Made by a program: the position numbers and the translations under genes
Part shown: positions 48,312 to 57,999 of the stretch, one piece after another
Position numbering within the stretch: position 1 is the stretch's first letter
Layout: each line of letters begins with the position of its first letter
Source of the DNA: Nannocystis bainbridge
GTDB taxonomy: Bacteria > Myxococcota_A > Polyangia > Nannocystales > Nannocystaceae
Assembly: GCF_028368995.1 (NCBI RefSeq)
Contig: NZ_JAQNDL010000005.1
Coordinates: 160,001 to 224,000, forward strand
Length of the DNA: 64,000 bases
Direction: 5' to 3'
The notes under the pieces: model-generated
Seen by the model: only the letters and a program-made list of their open reading frames with translations
Database searches by the model: none
Told to the model about the DNA's origin: nothing

Positions 48312-50323
48312 CCCTGGCCGGCTGGACATGGCCCGAGATCCTCCCGGTGTTCGCCGCCGGGGCCGCCGCGATCACGGCGCTCTACCTCCTGCGCATGCGT
48401 CGGCGCCAGGTCGTGGTCCCGTTCGCCGCGCTGTGGCAGCAGGTCACCCGCGAGAGCGACACCCGCCGCCTGTGGAAGAAGCTGCGGCGGCTGCTCAGCT
48501 GGCTCTTGCAGCTCGTCCTGCTGGCGCTGCTGTGCGCCGCGCTCGGCGACCCGCGGCCCGAGAGCTGGCTGCGCGACCCGCAGACCGTGGCGATCGTCAT
48601 CGACCGCTCGGCCAGCGTCGCTGGTCCGGCCGCCAGCGAGCCCGGGCTCACGCGCCTCGAAGTCCTGCTCCGCCGCGCCCGCGCCGAGATCGCCGGCCTC
48701 GGGCCCACCGATCGCGCGCTCGTCATCACTGCCGGCGCCGAGGTCGAGGTCCCGGGTCCGCTCGGCCGCGACGCCGCCCCGCTCCTGCGCGCCCTCGACG
48801 ACGTCGTCCCCGGCCCCGGCGAGGCCGACCTCGGTCGCGCCCTCGCGCTCGCCCGCGCCGCCCTCACCGGTCAGGCCGGCGGGCGGATCCTCGTCCTCAC
48901 CGACGGCGCCCTCGACGACGCCGCCGCCGACGCCCTCGCCGCCTGCATCTCGGGACATGTCTCTTCCGACAGCCCAGACGCCGCCGCGATCCCGTGCCAG
49001 GTCGCCCGCGCCGGCGGTCCGGCCGACAACCTCGCCCTGGTCGCCTTCGCCGCCCGCCGCTACCCCGGCGACCGCGAGCGCATCGAGGTCCTCGCCGAGG
49101 TCCACAACCTCGGCGACGCTCCGGCCAGCGCCGTGCTCGAGGTCCAGGCTGACGGCCTCGTCGTCGGTCGTCAGGCCGTGCAGCTCGGGCCCGGCGAGCG
49201 ACGGCGCGAGATCTTGCGCGAGCTCGACGCCGCCCGCACCCGGCTCGTCGCCAACCTGTCCCTCGAGCCAGGTGCAGATCCACAGCTGCTCGGCCCGCCC
49301 GACGACGATCGCGCCTACGCCGTGGTCCCGCCGCTGCCGCCGTTCAAGGTCGTGCTCGTCACCGACGGCACCGACCTGTTCCTCGAGGCCGCCCTGCTCA
49401 CCTTGCAGGAGCACATCCAGCTCACCGGCATCGGCCCCGCCGACGCCGCCTCGCACCCTTCGCTGGCCGAGGCCGACCTCGTCATCTTCGATCTCGGCGA
49501 GCGTCCGCTACCCGACCCGCTGCCCGCCGCCGACCTCGTCATCTTCGACCCCGCGCGGATCTCTCCTGACGCTGCCCCGATCCGCGGCGCCGGCGAGCTC
49601 GTGCGGCCCTTCCTCACCGAGCAGCACCGCGAGCACCCGCTGCTCGACGGCGTCGTCCTCAAGGACGTGAACCTCCGCCGCGGCACTCGCCTCGCCACCG
49701 AGCCGGGCGACACCGTGCTGGTGCGCAGCCTCGGCGATCCGCTGGTCGTCCTGCGTCACGAGCTCGGCGGCGACGGTCGGCGCCCGCGGGCCGTGCTCGC
49801 GCTCGGCTTCGACCCGCGTCAGACCGACCTGCCCCTTCGGACAGCCTTCCCGATCCTCGTCGCCAACATCATCGCCTACTTCGAGCAGGCCCGGCCCGGC
49901 TTCGTCGCCAGCGTGCCGGTCGGTCCCAGCCGTCCCGTCGCCGCCGCCGAGATCGGCCTCGGCGCCCAGGGCCTCGGCCAGGTCGAGGTCCGTGGCCCCG
50001 AACCGGCCGAGGTCGCCACGACCGTGCCCGTCGACGCCACCGGCGTGTTTCGCCTGCGCGCCATGCAACCCGGCATCTACCGCGTGCGCGCCGTCGACGG
50101 CGACGCCGCCGGTGCCGAGGTGCTCGTCGCCGTCAACCAGGCCAGCGTCGCCGCCTCCGACCTTCACGATCGACTCGGCGAGCTGTCGCCCGACGTCGTC
50201 GCCGGCGAGGCGAGCGCCCCGGTGCCCGTGCGCGACGAACCGCTGTGGGCCCTGCTGCTGCTCGCGGCGGCCCTGCTCATCGCGCTCGAGTGGGCGGCCT
50301 ACCACCGCCGCGTCACCGTCTAG
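48308..50323 (+). CDS. BatA-like vWA domain membrane protein
   Basis: LYLLRMRR N-terminus, DRSAS MIDAS, TDG, C-terminal TM ...LEW. Confidence 0.85.
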   Translation: MTLAGWTWPEILPVFAAGAAAITALYLLRMRRRQVVVPFAALWQQVTRESDTRRLWKKLRRLLSWLLQLVLLALLCAALGDPRPESWLRDPQTVAIVIDRSASVAGPAASEPGLTRLEVLLRRARAEIAGLGPTDRALVITAGAEVEVPGPLGRDAAPLLRALDDVVPGPGEADLGRALALARAALTGQAGGRILVLTDGALDDAAADALAACISGHVSSDSPDAAAIPCQVARAGGPADNLALVAFAARRYPGDRERIEVLAEVHNLGDAPASAVLEVQADGLVVGRQAVQLGPGERRREILRELDAARTRLVANLSLEPGADPQLLGPPDDDRAYAVVPPLPPFKVVLVTDGTDLFLEAALLTLQEHIQLTGIGPADAASHPSLAEADLVIFDLGERPLPDPLPAADLVIFDPARISPDAAPIRGAGELVRPFLTEQHREHPLLDGVVLKDVNLRRGTRLATEPGDTVLVRSLGDPLVVLRHELGGDGRRPRAVLALGFDPRQTDLPLRTAFPILVANIIAYFEQARPGFVASVPVGPSRPVAAAEIGLGAQGLGQVEVRGPEPAEVATTVPVDATGVFRLRAMQPGIYRVRAVDGDAAGAEVLVAVNQASVAASDLHDRLGELSPDVVAGEASAPVPVRDEPLWALLLLAAALLIALEWAAYHRRVTV

Positions 50324-50367
50324 CGCCCGCTCTTCGCTGCCGCGGCGAGCCTGCGCGGCCGGCCTGG

Positions 50368-51486
50368 TCACGCCTCCGCGTCCGACAGCTTCTTGCCGAA
50401 ATCGGTGTCGCGGGCGAAGCGGAGCTGATTGAGGAAGAACTGCTCGACCGCCGGCGCGGCGAGGTCGGTCCCTGCCAGGGCGGCCCGGGCGCCCGCCGTG
50501 TCGAACCATAGTTGCAGCGAGAGGTACGGCGTGTAGACCCGCCCGGTCGTCAGGATCCGCTTCAGGCGCCCGAACGCGAACCTGTCGATCCACGGCCGCG
50601 CGCGCACGAACAGGTCGGGCCGCACGAACACCGCCGGCTTGCAGCCGAAGAACCGGCTCGCCGCCGTGGTCAACTGCTCGAGCGTGGCCGCGCGCTCGGG
50701 GCCCGCGCACAGGTGATACGCCTGTCCCGAAGGACCTGTCCGTTTGCGCAGGTGGCAGATCGCCTGGACCACGAAGTCGGACGGCACCACGTCCATCACC
50801 GCGTCGGGCCGCCCGGGCGCCCAGCGGAACCCGCGGGCGAACACCTTGAGCGGCCAGTACAGCACCTTGAAGCTCGACGTCCGGCCGGTGCGCGAGTCGC
50901 CGACGATGATGCTCGGGCGATAGATCGTCACCCGCTGCTCTCCGGCGCGCGCGCGCACCAGCTGCTCCGACTCGAGCTTGGTCTGCTCGTAGCTGTTGTG
51001 GAACGGCTGGCCGACGTCGAGCTCGGTCTCGAGCGCGGTGCCGCGGCGATCGCCGGCCACGTACGCGGTGCCGACGTAGTCGAACGGGCACTCGGCCGCG
51101 TTGGCGAGGTCGAGCATGCGGCGCGTGCCCTCGACGTTGATCGCGCGCGCCTCCGCGAGCGGGAGCGAGAAGCTGACCGAGGCCGCCCCGTGGATCACTC
51201 CCGTCGCGCGGCCGGCCAGCCTGGCCCAGCTCGCGGCGTCGAGCCCGAGGTCGTCGCGCTCGAGGTCGGCGCGCACGATCTCGACCCGTCGCGCCGCGGC
51301 GGCCAGCGCCTCCCCGGTCAGCCGGTCGCGCAGCACCGCGGCGCCGCGGGCCCGCGCCTGCGCCTCGTCGCGCCCGCGCACCAGCAGCGCGAGGCGGGTC
51401 GTCGGCTCCGTGGCGAGCAGGTGATGGACGAGCTCGCGGCCGAGGAAACCAGTGGCGCCGGTGATGACGAGGACGGGATCCGACAT
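50368..51486 (-). CDS. Extended SDR (male-sterility / thioester-reductase-like)
   Basis: ITGATGFLG, HGAASVSF, NVEGT, NSYEQTK, RPSIIVGDSRTG. Confidence 0.9.
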   Translation of the reverse strand: MSDPVLVITGATGFLGRELVHHLLATEPTTRLALLVRGRDEAQARARGAAVLRDRLTGEALAAAARRVEIVRADLERDDLGLDAASWARLAGRATGVIHGAASVSFSLPLAEARAINVEGTRRMLDLANAAECPFDYVGTAYVAGDRRGTALETELDVGQPFHNSYEQTKLESEQLVRARAGEQRVTIYRPSIIVGDSRTGRTSSFKVLYWPLKVFARGFRWAPGRPDAVMDVVPSDFVVQAICHLRKRTGPSGQAYHLCAGPERAATLEQLTTAASRFFGCKPAVFVRPDLFVRARPWIDRFAFGRLKRILTTGRVYTPYLSLQLWFDTAGARAALAGTDLAAPAVEQFFLNQLRFARDTDFGKKLSDAEA

Positions 51487-51719
51487 CGCGCGCACGATCG
51501 CCCTCGACGCCGCGAAGGGTCAAGCGGCGCCCGCGCGCGTGGCCGCTCTGCACGCCTGCGTGGCCCCTGGGGGTGCGACGAGGCAGATCCGGCGATCCCG
51601 GCGTCGCCGCCGCCGCGCGCTCGCAGGTCCACCTCCGCCGGCCTCGAACAGCGGCCCACAGGCCCTGAAAGACCGCCCTGTTCGGGCCGGTTCGGGCATA
51701 CTCGGACCGCAGGAGATCC

Positions 51720-53201
51720 GTGAACGACGCCGACGATCCCCTCGCGCTGAACGACGAGATCGCCGCCCTCCGCTACTACGTCGGGGAGTTCACCGAGCGC
51801 GAGGAGACCCCCGCCGCGCTCGCGGCCCTCGAGCGGGTCGAGGCGCGGCTGCACGCCGCCCTGCGCGCCCGCACCGCCATCCTCTCCGACCTCGGGCACG
51901 AGCTGCGCACCCCGCTGAACGCCATCCTCGGCTTTTCGCACCTGTTGCGCGAGGACGTGCTGCTCAGCGCCGAGCAGCGGGCCCACATCGAGGTCATCCA
52001 CCGCAGCGGCGAGCAGCTGCTCACGCTGATCGACGAGCTCACCGGCGGCCACGAGGAGGGCGCCGGCCAGGCCGGCTTCGACCTGCACTATCTGCTGGAT
52101 GACCTCGCGGACATGTTGTGTCTGCGGGCCGCCGGCGCCGAGGTCGCCCTGCGCATCGATCGCGCCACCGACCTGCCGCGCCGCGTCCGCACCGACCAGG
52201 TCCGCCTGCGTCATCTCTTGCTCCTGCTGCTCGGCAACGTGCTCGAGGTCCCGCGCCGCGACCTCATCGTCGTCCGCGTGCGCATCGAGCCGGGCCCCGC
52301 GCCCGCCACCGGTTTGCTCCGCTTCGACATCCGCGCCCCCGGCATCGACCTCGCCGACCTGCGGCTGCGCTCGTTCGTCCGCACCGACGCCGGTTTGCAG
52401 ACCGACGAACCCGGCCGCGGCCCCGAGCTCGCGGTCGCCATCGCCAACCAGCTCGGCGGCGAGTACCACGTCGCGCCCGATCAACTCACCCTCACCTTGC
52501 CGGTCGGGCTCGGGCGCGGCGCCGACGACCCGCGGCGGCCCACGCGCAAGATCCTCGGGATCGCCGGCGGCCAGGAGGCGCCGCGGATCCTCATCGCCGA
52601 GGATCGGTGGCAGAGCCGCCAATTGCTGGTGCAGGCGCTCTCGCGGGTCGGCTTTGAAGTCCGCGAGGCCGCCGACGGGCGCGAGGCCGTGCACTTGTGC
52701 GAGACTTGGCGTCCCCACCTCGTGTGGATGGACATGCGCATGCCCGGAGTCAGCGGCATCGAGGCCACGCAGCAGATCAAGCAGAGCCCGGAGGGCGCCG
52801 ACATCGTGGTCATCGCGTTGACGGCCAGCGCCTTCGAGGCCGACGAGGCGACCGCGCGCGCGGCCGGCTGCGACGACTTCCTGCGCAAGCCGCTGCAGCT
52901 GCATCAGGTGTTCGACAAGCTGAGCGAGCGGCTCGGCGTCACCTATGTCTACGACGACGCCCCGCCGCTGGCGCGCGTCGACGCCACCTCGCTGCACGGA
53001 TTGCCGGCGCCGTGGTTGTCGGCGCTCGAGCAGGCCTGCCTGCAAGCCGACGTGTTCACCATCGCGCGCATGATCGACTTCGTGCGCGGGCAAGCGCCGC
53101 AGGCCGCGACTGTCCTTTCGGACATGCTCGAGCAGTACAACTACGCCGCGATTATCGACCTGACCCGGCACGCGTTACAAGCCGCCGGAGGTGGCCCATG
53201 A
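51720..53201 (+). CDS. Sensor-less hybrid histidine-kinase-like protein (HisKA, degenerate HATPase, REC)
   Basis: HELRTPLNAILGFS, LLGNV N-box, ILIAED...WMDMRMP...FLRKP. Confidence 0.85.
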   Translation: MNDADDPLALNDEIAALRYYVGEFTEREETPAALAALERVEARLHAALRARTAILSDLGHELRTPLNAILGFSHLLREDVLLSAEQRAHIEVIHRSGEQLLTLIDELTGGHEEGAGQAGFDLHYLLDDLADMLCLRAAGAEVALRIDRATDLPRRVRTDQVRLRHLLLLLLGNVLEVPRRDLIVVRVRIEPGPAPATGLLRFDIRAPGIDLADLRLRSFVRTDAGLQTDEPGRGPELAVAIANQLGGEYHVAPDQLTLTLPVGLGRGADDPRRPTRKILGIAGGQEAPRILIAEDRWQSRQLLVQALSRVGFEVREAADGREAVHLCETWRPHLVWMDMRMPGVSGIEATQQIKQSPEGADIVVIALTASAFEADEATARAAGCDDFLRKPLQLHQVFDKLSERLGVTYVYDDAPPLARVDATSLHGLPAPWLSALEQACLQADVFTIARMIDFVRGQAPQAATVLSDMLEQYNYAAIIDLTRHALQAAGGGP

Positions 53202-54289
53202 GCGAGAAGTCCTATCAGCCTGTGCGCGGCGACATCCTCGTCGTCGACGACACCCTCGTCAACCTGCGGATCTTGACCGAGATGCTAGCCGCGCAGGGCT
53301 ACAAGGTGCGGCCGGTGACCTCGGGTCCGCAGGCGCTGCAGGCCGCAGCCGCGGCCGCGCCGGACCTCGTACTCCTCGACATCAACATGCCGGGCATGAC
53401 CGGCTACGAGGTGTGCCAGCAGCTCAAGGCCCAGACCGACACGCGCGACGTGCCGGTCATCTTCATGAGCGCCCGCGACGAGGTGCTCGACAAGATCCGC
53501 GCCTTCGAGGTCGGCGGCGTCGACTACGTCACCAAGCCGTTCCACCTCGAGGAGCTGCTCGCTCGCGTCGCCACCCACGTGTCGCTGCGGGCCCTCCAGC
53601 GCCAGCTGGAGGACGCGCGGCTGCTGGCCGAGAGCGCCGCCGCGGCGCTCGCCGACGAGAAGCGGCGCAGCGACGACCTGCTCTACAGCATGCTACCGCA
53701 GAGCGTCGCCAACACCCTCCGCGAGGGCCGCAGCGTCGTCGGTGACCACTACCCGCAGGTCACCGTGCTGTTCTGCGACATCGTCGACTACACGCGGGCC
53801 GCCAGCGATCACTCGCCGCTCGAGGTGTTCGAGCTGCTCGGCCGGATCTACACCCGCTTCGACGCGCTGATCGAGCGCCACCCGGTCTACAAGATCGAGA
53901 CCGTCGGCGACTGCTACGTCATCGCCGGCGGCGTGCCCGACCCCAACCCGCGCCACGCCGACGCGATCTGCGACGTCGCCCTCGACATGGTCGAGGCCAT
54001 CGACGGCATGGCCCTGCCGACCGGCGCGCCGCTGCAGATCCGGATCGGCATCAACTCGGGCCCGGTGGTCGCCGGCGTGGTCGGGACCAAGATGCCGCGG
54101 TTCTGTCTGTACGGCGACACGGTCAACATCGCCAGCCGGATGGAGACCACCAGCCAGCCGATGCACATCCAGATCAGCCAGTCGACGCACGCGCTGATCG
54201 ACCCGAGCCGCTACAACGTCGAGGAGCGCGGCGAGATCGCGCTCAAGGGCCGCGGCAACATGCGGACCTACTTCGTGCGCCGTCGCTGA
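53198..54289 (+). CDS. Response regulator fused to class III nucleotide cyclase (guanylate-cyclase-type residues)
   Basis: REC ILVVDD/LLDINMP/KPF; cyclase LFCDIVD, YKIETVGDCY, MPRFCLYGDTVNIASRME; ATGA overlap with kinase. Confidence 0.92.
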   Translation: MSEKSYQPVRGDILVVDDTLVNLRILTEMLAAQGYKVRPVTSGPQALQAAAAAAPDLVLLDINMPGMTGYEVCQQLKAQTDTRDVPVIFMSARDEVLDKIRAFEVGGVDYVTKPFHLEELLARVATHVSLRALQRQLEDARLLAESAAAALADEKRRSDDLLYSMLPQSVANTLREGRSVVGDHYPQVTVLFCDIVDYTRAASDHSPLEVFELLGRIYTRFDALIERHPVYKIETVGDCYVIAGGVPDPNPRHADAICDVALDMVEAIDGMALPTGAPLQIRIGINSGPVVAGVVGTKMPRFCLYGDTVNIASRMETTSQPMHIQISQSTHALIDPSRYNVEERGEIALKGRGNMRTYFVRRR

Positions 54290-54346
54290 GGTCGTTCGCG
54301 CGCGCGAGCGCGGCCGTGCGCCTCCACGCCGGCGAACCCCGCGTGG

Positions 54347-54352
54347 TAGGCT
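54347..54352 (+). promoter_or_regulatory. Putative -10 element
   Basis: TAGGCT ending 7 nt before the start of the structured element. Confidence 0.4.
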
Positions 54353-54358
54353 CGTCGG

Positions 54359-54441
54359 GCCGCCCGCGGGACTTCCGTTCGACTTCCGAATTCGGCCTTT
54401 GTAGCTGCACCAAGCAGTCGAGCACTCCTTCCCCGGGCGGC
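54359..54441 (+). ncRNA. Candidate structured RNA (Y-RNA-like or 5' leader)
   Basis: GCCGCCCG-C-GGGA pairs with TCCCCGGGCGGC leaving one bulged C; inner TCGACT/AGTCGA stem; directly upstream of TROVE-like gene. Confidence 0.5.
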
Positions 54442-54454
54442 GCTACCTGTCCCG

Positions 54455-55921
54455 ATGATCATGTCCGTGCAGACCCGCCACGCCGCCGCCGCGCGGGTCA
54501 CCTGCGAGGACCTGGTGCTGTTCCTCAACGCCTGCTTCTGCTGCACCGGCCAGCGCGAGTTCTACAGCGACGGCCACGCGCAGACCGTCTCGATCGAGTT
54601 CCTCCACGACTACATCCGCGGCAACTACCGCCGCCTCTACGCCCGCACCCTCGCCGCCGGCGTCAACCACTTCAACCGCGCCCGCATCGTCACCGAGCTG
54701 CTCGCCAGCTCCCGCGACCTCGAGCCTGACGAGCGGCGCGACGAGGGCCGGCTGGTGGTCGCCGCCCTGCGCTCGCTGCCGGCCCCGCGGGCCTACCGGG
54801 CGCTCCTGGGCGTGCGCGCCCGCGGCGTCAACAATCGCCGCCTGCGCGCGATCGTCCGCGAGTTTTTGACAGCGCGGCCGGACCTGCAATTCGACGCCAT
54901 CAAGTACCGCGGCAAGCTGCGCGACCTGATCCTCCACACCCACCTGCGGCTGCCGGGCGAGCTCGGCGGGTTCCTTTTCAAGGGCTGGAAGCAGCGCCGC
55001 TATCAGACCCCGCTGCTCGAGACCTTCCGCAAGGCCCACTTCAGCGACGAGGCGCTCTATGAGCTGCCGTTCACCGTCGCCGAGGGCATGGCCGCCCGCC
55101 GCAAGATCGATCGCGCCGTGTTCCTGCGGAAGATCGCCCCGCGCCTGACCGCCCTCGAGCGGCTGCGCCTGCAGGCCACCGCCGCGCGTGAAGGCGTGAC
55201 CGGGCTGGCGATCGACCTCGCGCGCGCCGGCCTCACCCGGCTCGCGATCTACGTGCTCTCGCTCGCGCCCGCCGACCGCGAGGCCAGGCGGGTCGAGCTG
55301 CAGGCCGCCTTCGACGGCGCCGCCCGTCGTTGCCTGCGCGACGCCCCGCTCGCGCTCGGCCGCGTCGTCGCCGTCCTCGATCGCTCCTACTCGACCACCG
55401 GCTCGCCCGACAAGCCGCGGCGCTCGCTGGCGATCGCGCTCGGCGTCGACGCCCTGCTGCGCGCCGCGAGCACCGACTACCTGGCCTTTTGGACACCTGC
55501 GACGGTCGACCCGCTGCTGGCCGTCCCGCGCGGTCAGACCGACCTCACCGGCCCTCTGCTCGACGCCCTCGAGACCCGGCCCGACCTCGTCGTCGTCGTC
55601 AGCGACGGCTTCGACAACGACCCCACCGGCGGCGCGGGCGAGGTCTGCCGCGTGTTCAAGGCCCGCCTCGATCCCGCGGGCCGCACCACCATCGTCCACA
55701 TCAACCCGGTGTTCGACGCCCCCGAGCTCGGTCCGCGGCGCCTCGGCGCCTCCGTCCCGACCCTCGGCTTGCGCGACGCCGAGGACCTGCCGACCGCGCT
55801 GGCCTTCGCCCGCTTCGCCGCCGGCGACCTCTCGCTCGCCGAGCTCGAGGACTACCTGGCCCGCCGCGTCGAAGTGTTCCTCGGCCGCGCCGCAGCCCCG
55901 GCCCCGGAGGCGGGCGTTTGA
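54455..55921 (+). CDS. TROVE/Ro60-like helical plus vWA protein
   Basis: Basic helical N-part; C-terminal vWA VLDRSYS, GQTDL, VVSDGFDN, HINPVF. Confidence 0.65.
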   Translation: MIMSVQTRHAAAARVTCEDLVLFLNACFCCTGQREFYSDGHAQTVSIEFLHDYIRGNYRRLYARTLAAGVNHFNRARIVTELLASSRDLEPDERRDEGRLVVAALRSLPAPRAYRALLGVRARGVNNRRLRAIVREFLTARPDLQFDAIKYRGKLRDLILHTHLRLPGELGGFLFKGWKQRRYQTPLLETFRKAHFSDEALYELPFTVAEGMAARRKIDRAVFLRKIAPRLTALERLRLQATAAREGVTGLAIDLARAGLTRLAIYVLSLAPADREARRVELQAAFDGAARRCLRDAPLALGRVVAVLDRSYSTTGSPDKPRRSLAIALGVDALLRAASTDYLAFWTPATVDPLLAVPRGQTDLTGPLLDALETRPDLVVVVSDGFDNDPTGGAGEVCRVFKARLDPAGRTTIVHINPVFDAPELGPRRLGASVPTLGLRDAEDLPTALAFARFAAGDLSLAELEDYLARRVEVFLGRAAAPAPEAGV

Positions 55922-57087
55922 AGTTCGACGAGACCACCCAGGGCCTCGGCCTGCGCGGCCTGCAGGTCGCCCCCGCCCAGGCGTTCGGCGCGGTGCGGCT
56001 CGTCCCCTTGCTCAAAGAACATGTCCGAGAGGACCTGCGCCTCGGGACACATTCGTTCCGCGACCGCCGCCCCCACGCCGTCGGCCTGCGCGGTCAGGCC
56101 GACGCCCCCGATGTCGCCTACTGCTCGTACATCCCGCACGCCTACGTGCTCGACTGGACCGACGACGGCGCCGCCGTGGCCGCTCGCGGCGCCGCCCTGA
56201 CCGACAAGCGGCTCGGCTTGCGCGACGTCGGCGGCGTGCGGGTGCTGCACCGCATGGTCCGCCGCGAGGAGCCGGGCGCCCTGCGGTTCCTCCCGCTGCA
56301 CCTGGCGATGGAGGGCTTCCTGTCGCTGCACTTCGGCGGCCCCGACGTCGCCTGGAGCGAGTACAGCCGCCAGGCGCTGAGCCACGGCCTGTCGCCGCGG
56401 CGCGAGGGCTCGGTCCTCGGCGTCTACGTCCAGGGCCTCGAGGACGCGGTCCGCATGTTCGAGGTCCACGAGCGCCAGGTCGGCTGCCTCGTGTTCGTCG
56501 CCGACGCCCTGGCGGCGATGGTCGTGTTCCCCCACCCCGACGACTACCGCGCCCTGCACCGCAGCCTCGTCCGCGATTTCTTCGGCGAGCTCGTCTATCA
56601 ATACGCGATCCTCTACGACGACGTGCCAGCCCACCGCGTCGCCGTGCGCGAGGCCGAGATCGCCGACCTCGCCGACCTGCGCGCCGCCATCACCCGCGCC
56701 CGCGCCGACTGGACCGCCTTCACCGCCGAGATGGCCGCCGGGGTCCTGCGCGAGAGCTTGCGCTGGCAGACGATCCACCGCGCCGGCCCGTTCCGCCTGC
56801 GCCGCTTCATGTCCGCGCTGCGCCCCGACGAGGACAACCACATCGGCGAGGCGATCGTGCGCGACAGCGGCGAGCTCGAGTACTGCAAGACCTTCCGCCT
56901 GTCGGCGGCCCAGGTCCGGCGCGCCTACTTGCTCGAAAAGCTGGCCCAGAACCTGTGGGATCTCGCGCGCACCGCCGAGGCGCTCGGCGTCACCGTCCCG
57001 GCCCTGCTGGTCCGCCTGCGCAACGCCGGGTTCGCCTACTTGTTCAAGGAACATGTCCTGAAGAACCTGCCCCCCGGGACGGTTTAG
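55918..57087 (+). CDS. ARPP-2-like protein with C-terminal Fis-type HTH
   Basis: TTG start overlapping the upstream TGA; VRLVPLL..EDLRL, SYIPHA, RFLPLHLAMEGFLSLHFGGP; LAQNLWDLARTAEALG HTH. Confidence 0.65.
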   Translation: MKFDETTQGLGLRGLQVAPAQAFGAVRLVPLLKEHVREDLRLGTHSFRDRRPHAVGLRGQADAPDVAYCSYIPHAYVLDWTDDGAAVAARGAALTDKRLGLRDVGGVRVLHRMVRREEPGALRFLPLHLAMEGFLSLHFGGPDVAWSEYSRQALSHGLSPRREGSVLGVYVQGLEDAVRMFEVHERQVGCLVFVADALAAMVVFPHPDDYRALHRSLVRDFFGELVYQYAILYDDVPAHRVAVREAEIADLADLRAAITRARADWTAFTAEMAAGVLRESLRWQTIHRAGPFRLRRFMSALRPDEDNHIGEAIVRDSGELEYCKTFRLSAAQVRRAYLLEKLAQNLWDLARTAEALGVTVPALLVRLRNAGFAYLFKEHVLKNLPPGTV

Positions 57088-57377
57088 CCCTCCAGCGCCG
57101 CCTTGAGCTCGCGCGCCGGCTTGAACCGGACCGTCTCGGCGCGGGGGATCTCGATCGCCTCGCCTGTCTTCGGGTTGCGCCCGGGCCGCGCTTGCGTCAC
57201 GTGCACCGCGAACGAACCGAAATTCGGGTGAACATAGCGCCCCTCCCGCCGCAGGCTCTCGACGACCCCGGCGAACACCGCGTCGACCACCTTGCCCGTC
57301 GCCCCCACGGACAGCTCCGGCCCGCCGCTCTCCTCGAGCTGGCGGCGGATCGTCTCGATCAATTCCTTGCGCGTCAT
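57084..57377 (-). CDS. HU/IHF family DNA-binding protein
   Basis: MTRKELIE, NFGSF, ARPGRNPKTGEAIEI, VRFKPARELK. Confidence 0.93.
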   Translation of the reverse strand: MTRKELIETIRRQLEESGGPELSVGATGKVVDAVFAGVVESLRREGRYVHPNFGSFAVHVTQARPGRNPKTGEAIEIPRAETVRFKPARELKAALEG

Positions 57378-57999
57378 GGCCTGAGGCTAGCAGGCCCGAC
57401 CTGCGTGAAGGGCGCACCTCCGGCAGTGTGGCCGGTCGGCCACGCAGGGCCCGCCGCGCGATCTCTCGCGGCGCCGGCGGTGGAATTCGTCGTCGTTGCA
57501 GATGCATTCACCGCTGCACGCGCTGCCTCGGCGTCACCGCGAACAATGTCTGTCTGCGCATACACAACCGGTGCTCCGGTCCGGGCGGCACCCGGCGCCG
57601 GCGCATGAGGCCGCCCAATCAATGAGGCTCTAAGGTATTGTCGGCTGGATCGGAGCCTTGACGCAAAGTGGCGAAGCTTGCCTTGATTGTATCGAGCCTC
57701 ACAAATGTTTCTTCGGACGGGCCCTGGTCGCCCGCCGAGGGCCCGCGGGTCCCGATCCATGCTTGTACAATCAATCTTGACCCGCCACTATACATCTGAG
57801 CATGATTGCAACCTGCTACCTCGAGCGTTAGCGTCGAAGTTGCTCTAGGGTCATTGAAGCGTGGACTTCTCAACTCCGGTGCATCCAGACCGGTCGCGTC
57901 ATGGCCCTTCGGGCCGATACCCTTCATGCCCTGCGAAGCGGTCACACCCTGGGCCACCGCACCAGGCACTCCACGGACCAGCTACCCCGTCGGCCACCC

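Noticed and set aside
54370-54430. tRNA, suggested by GTTCGA
   Set aside because: No cloverleaf, anticodon arm or acceptor end; retained only as a structured RNA candidate.
57374-57969. Minus-strand ORFs 57374-57760 and 57619-57969
   Set aside because: Atypical codon usage and no motifs; more likely regulatory DNA.
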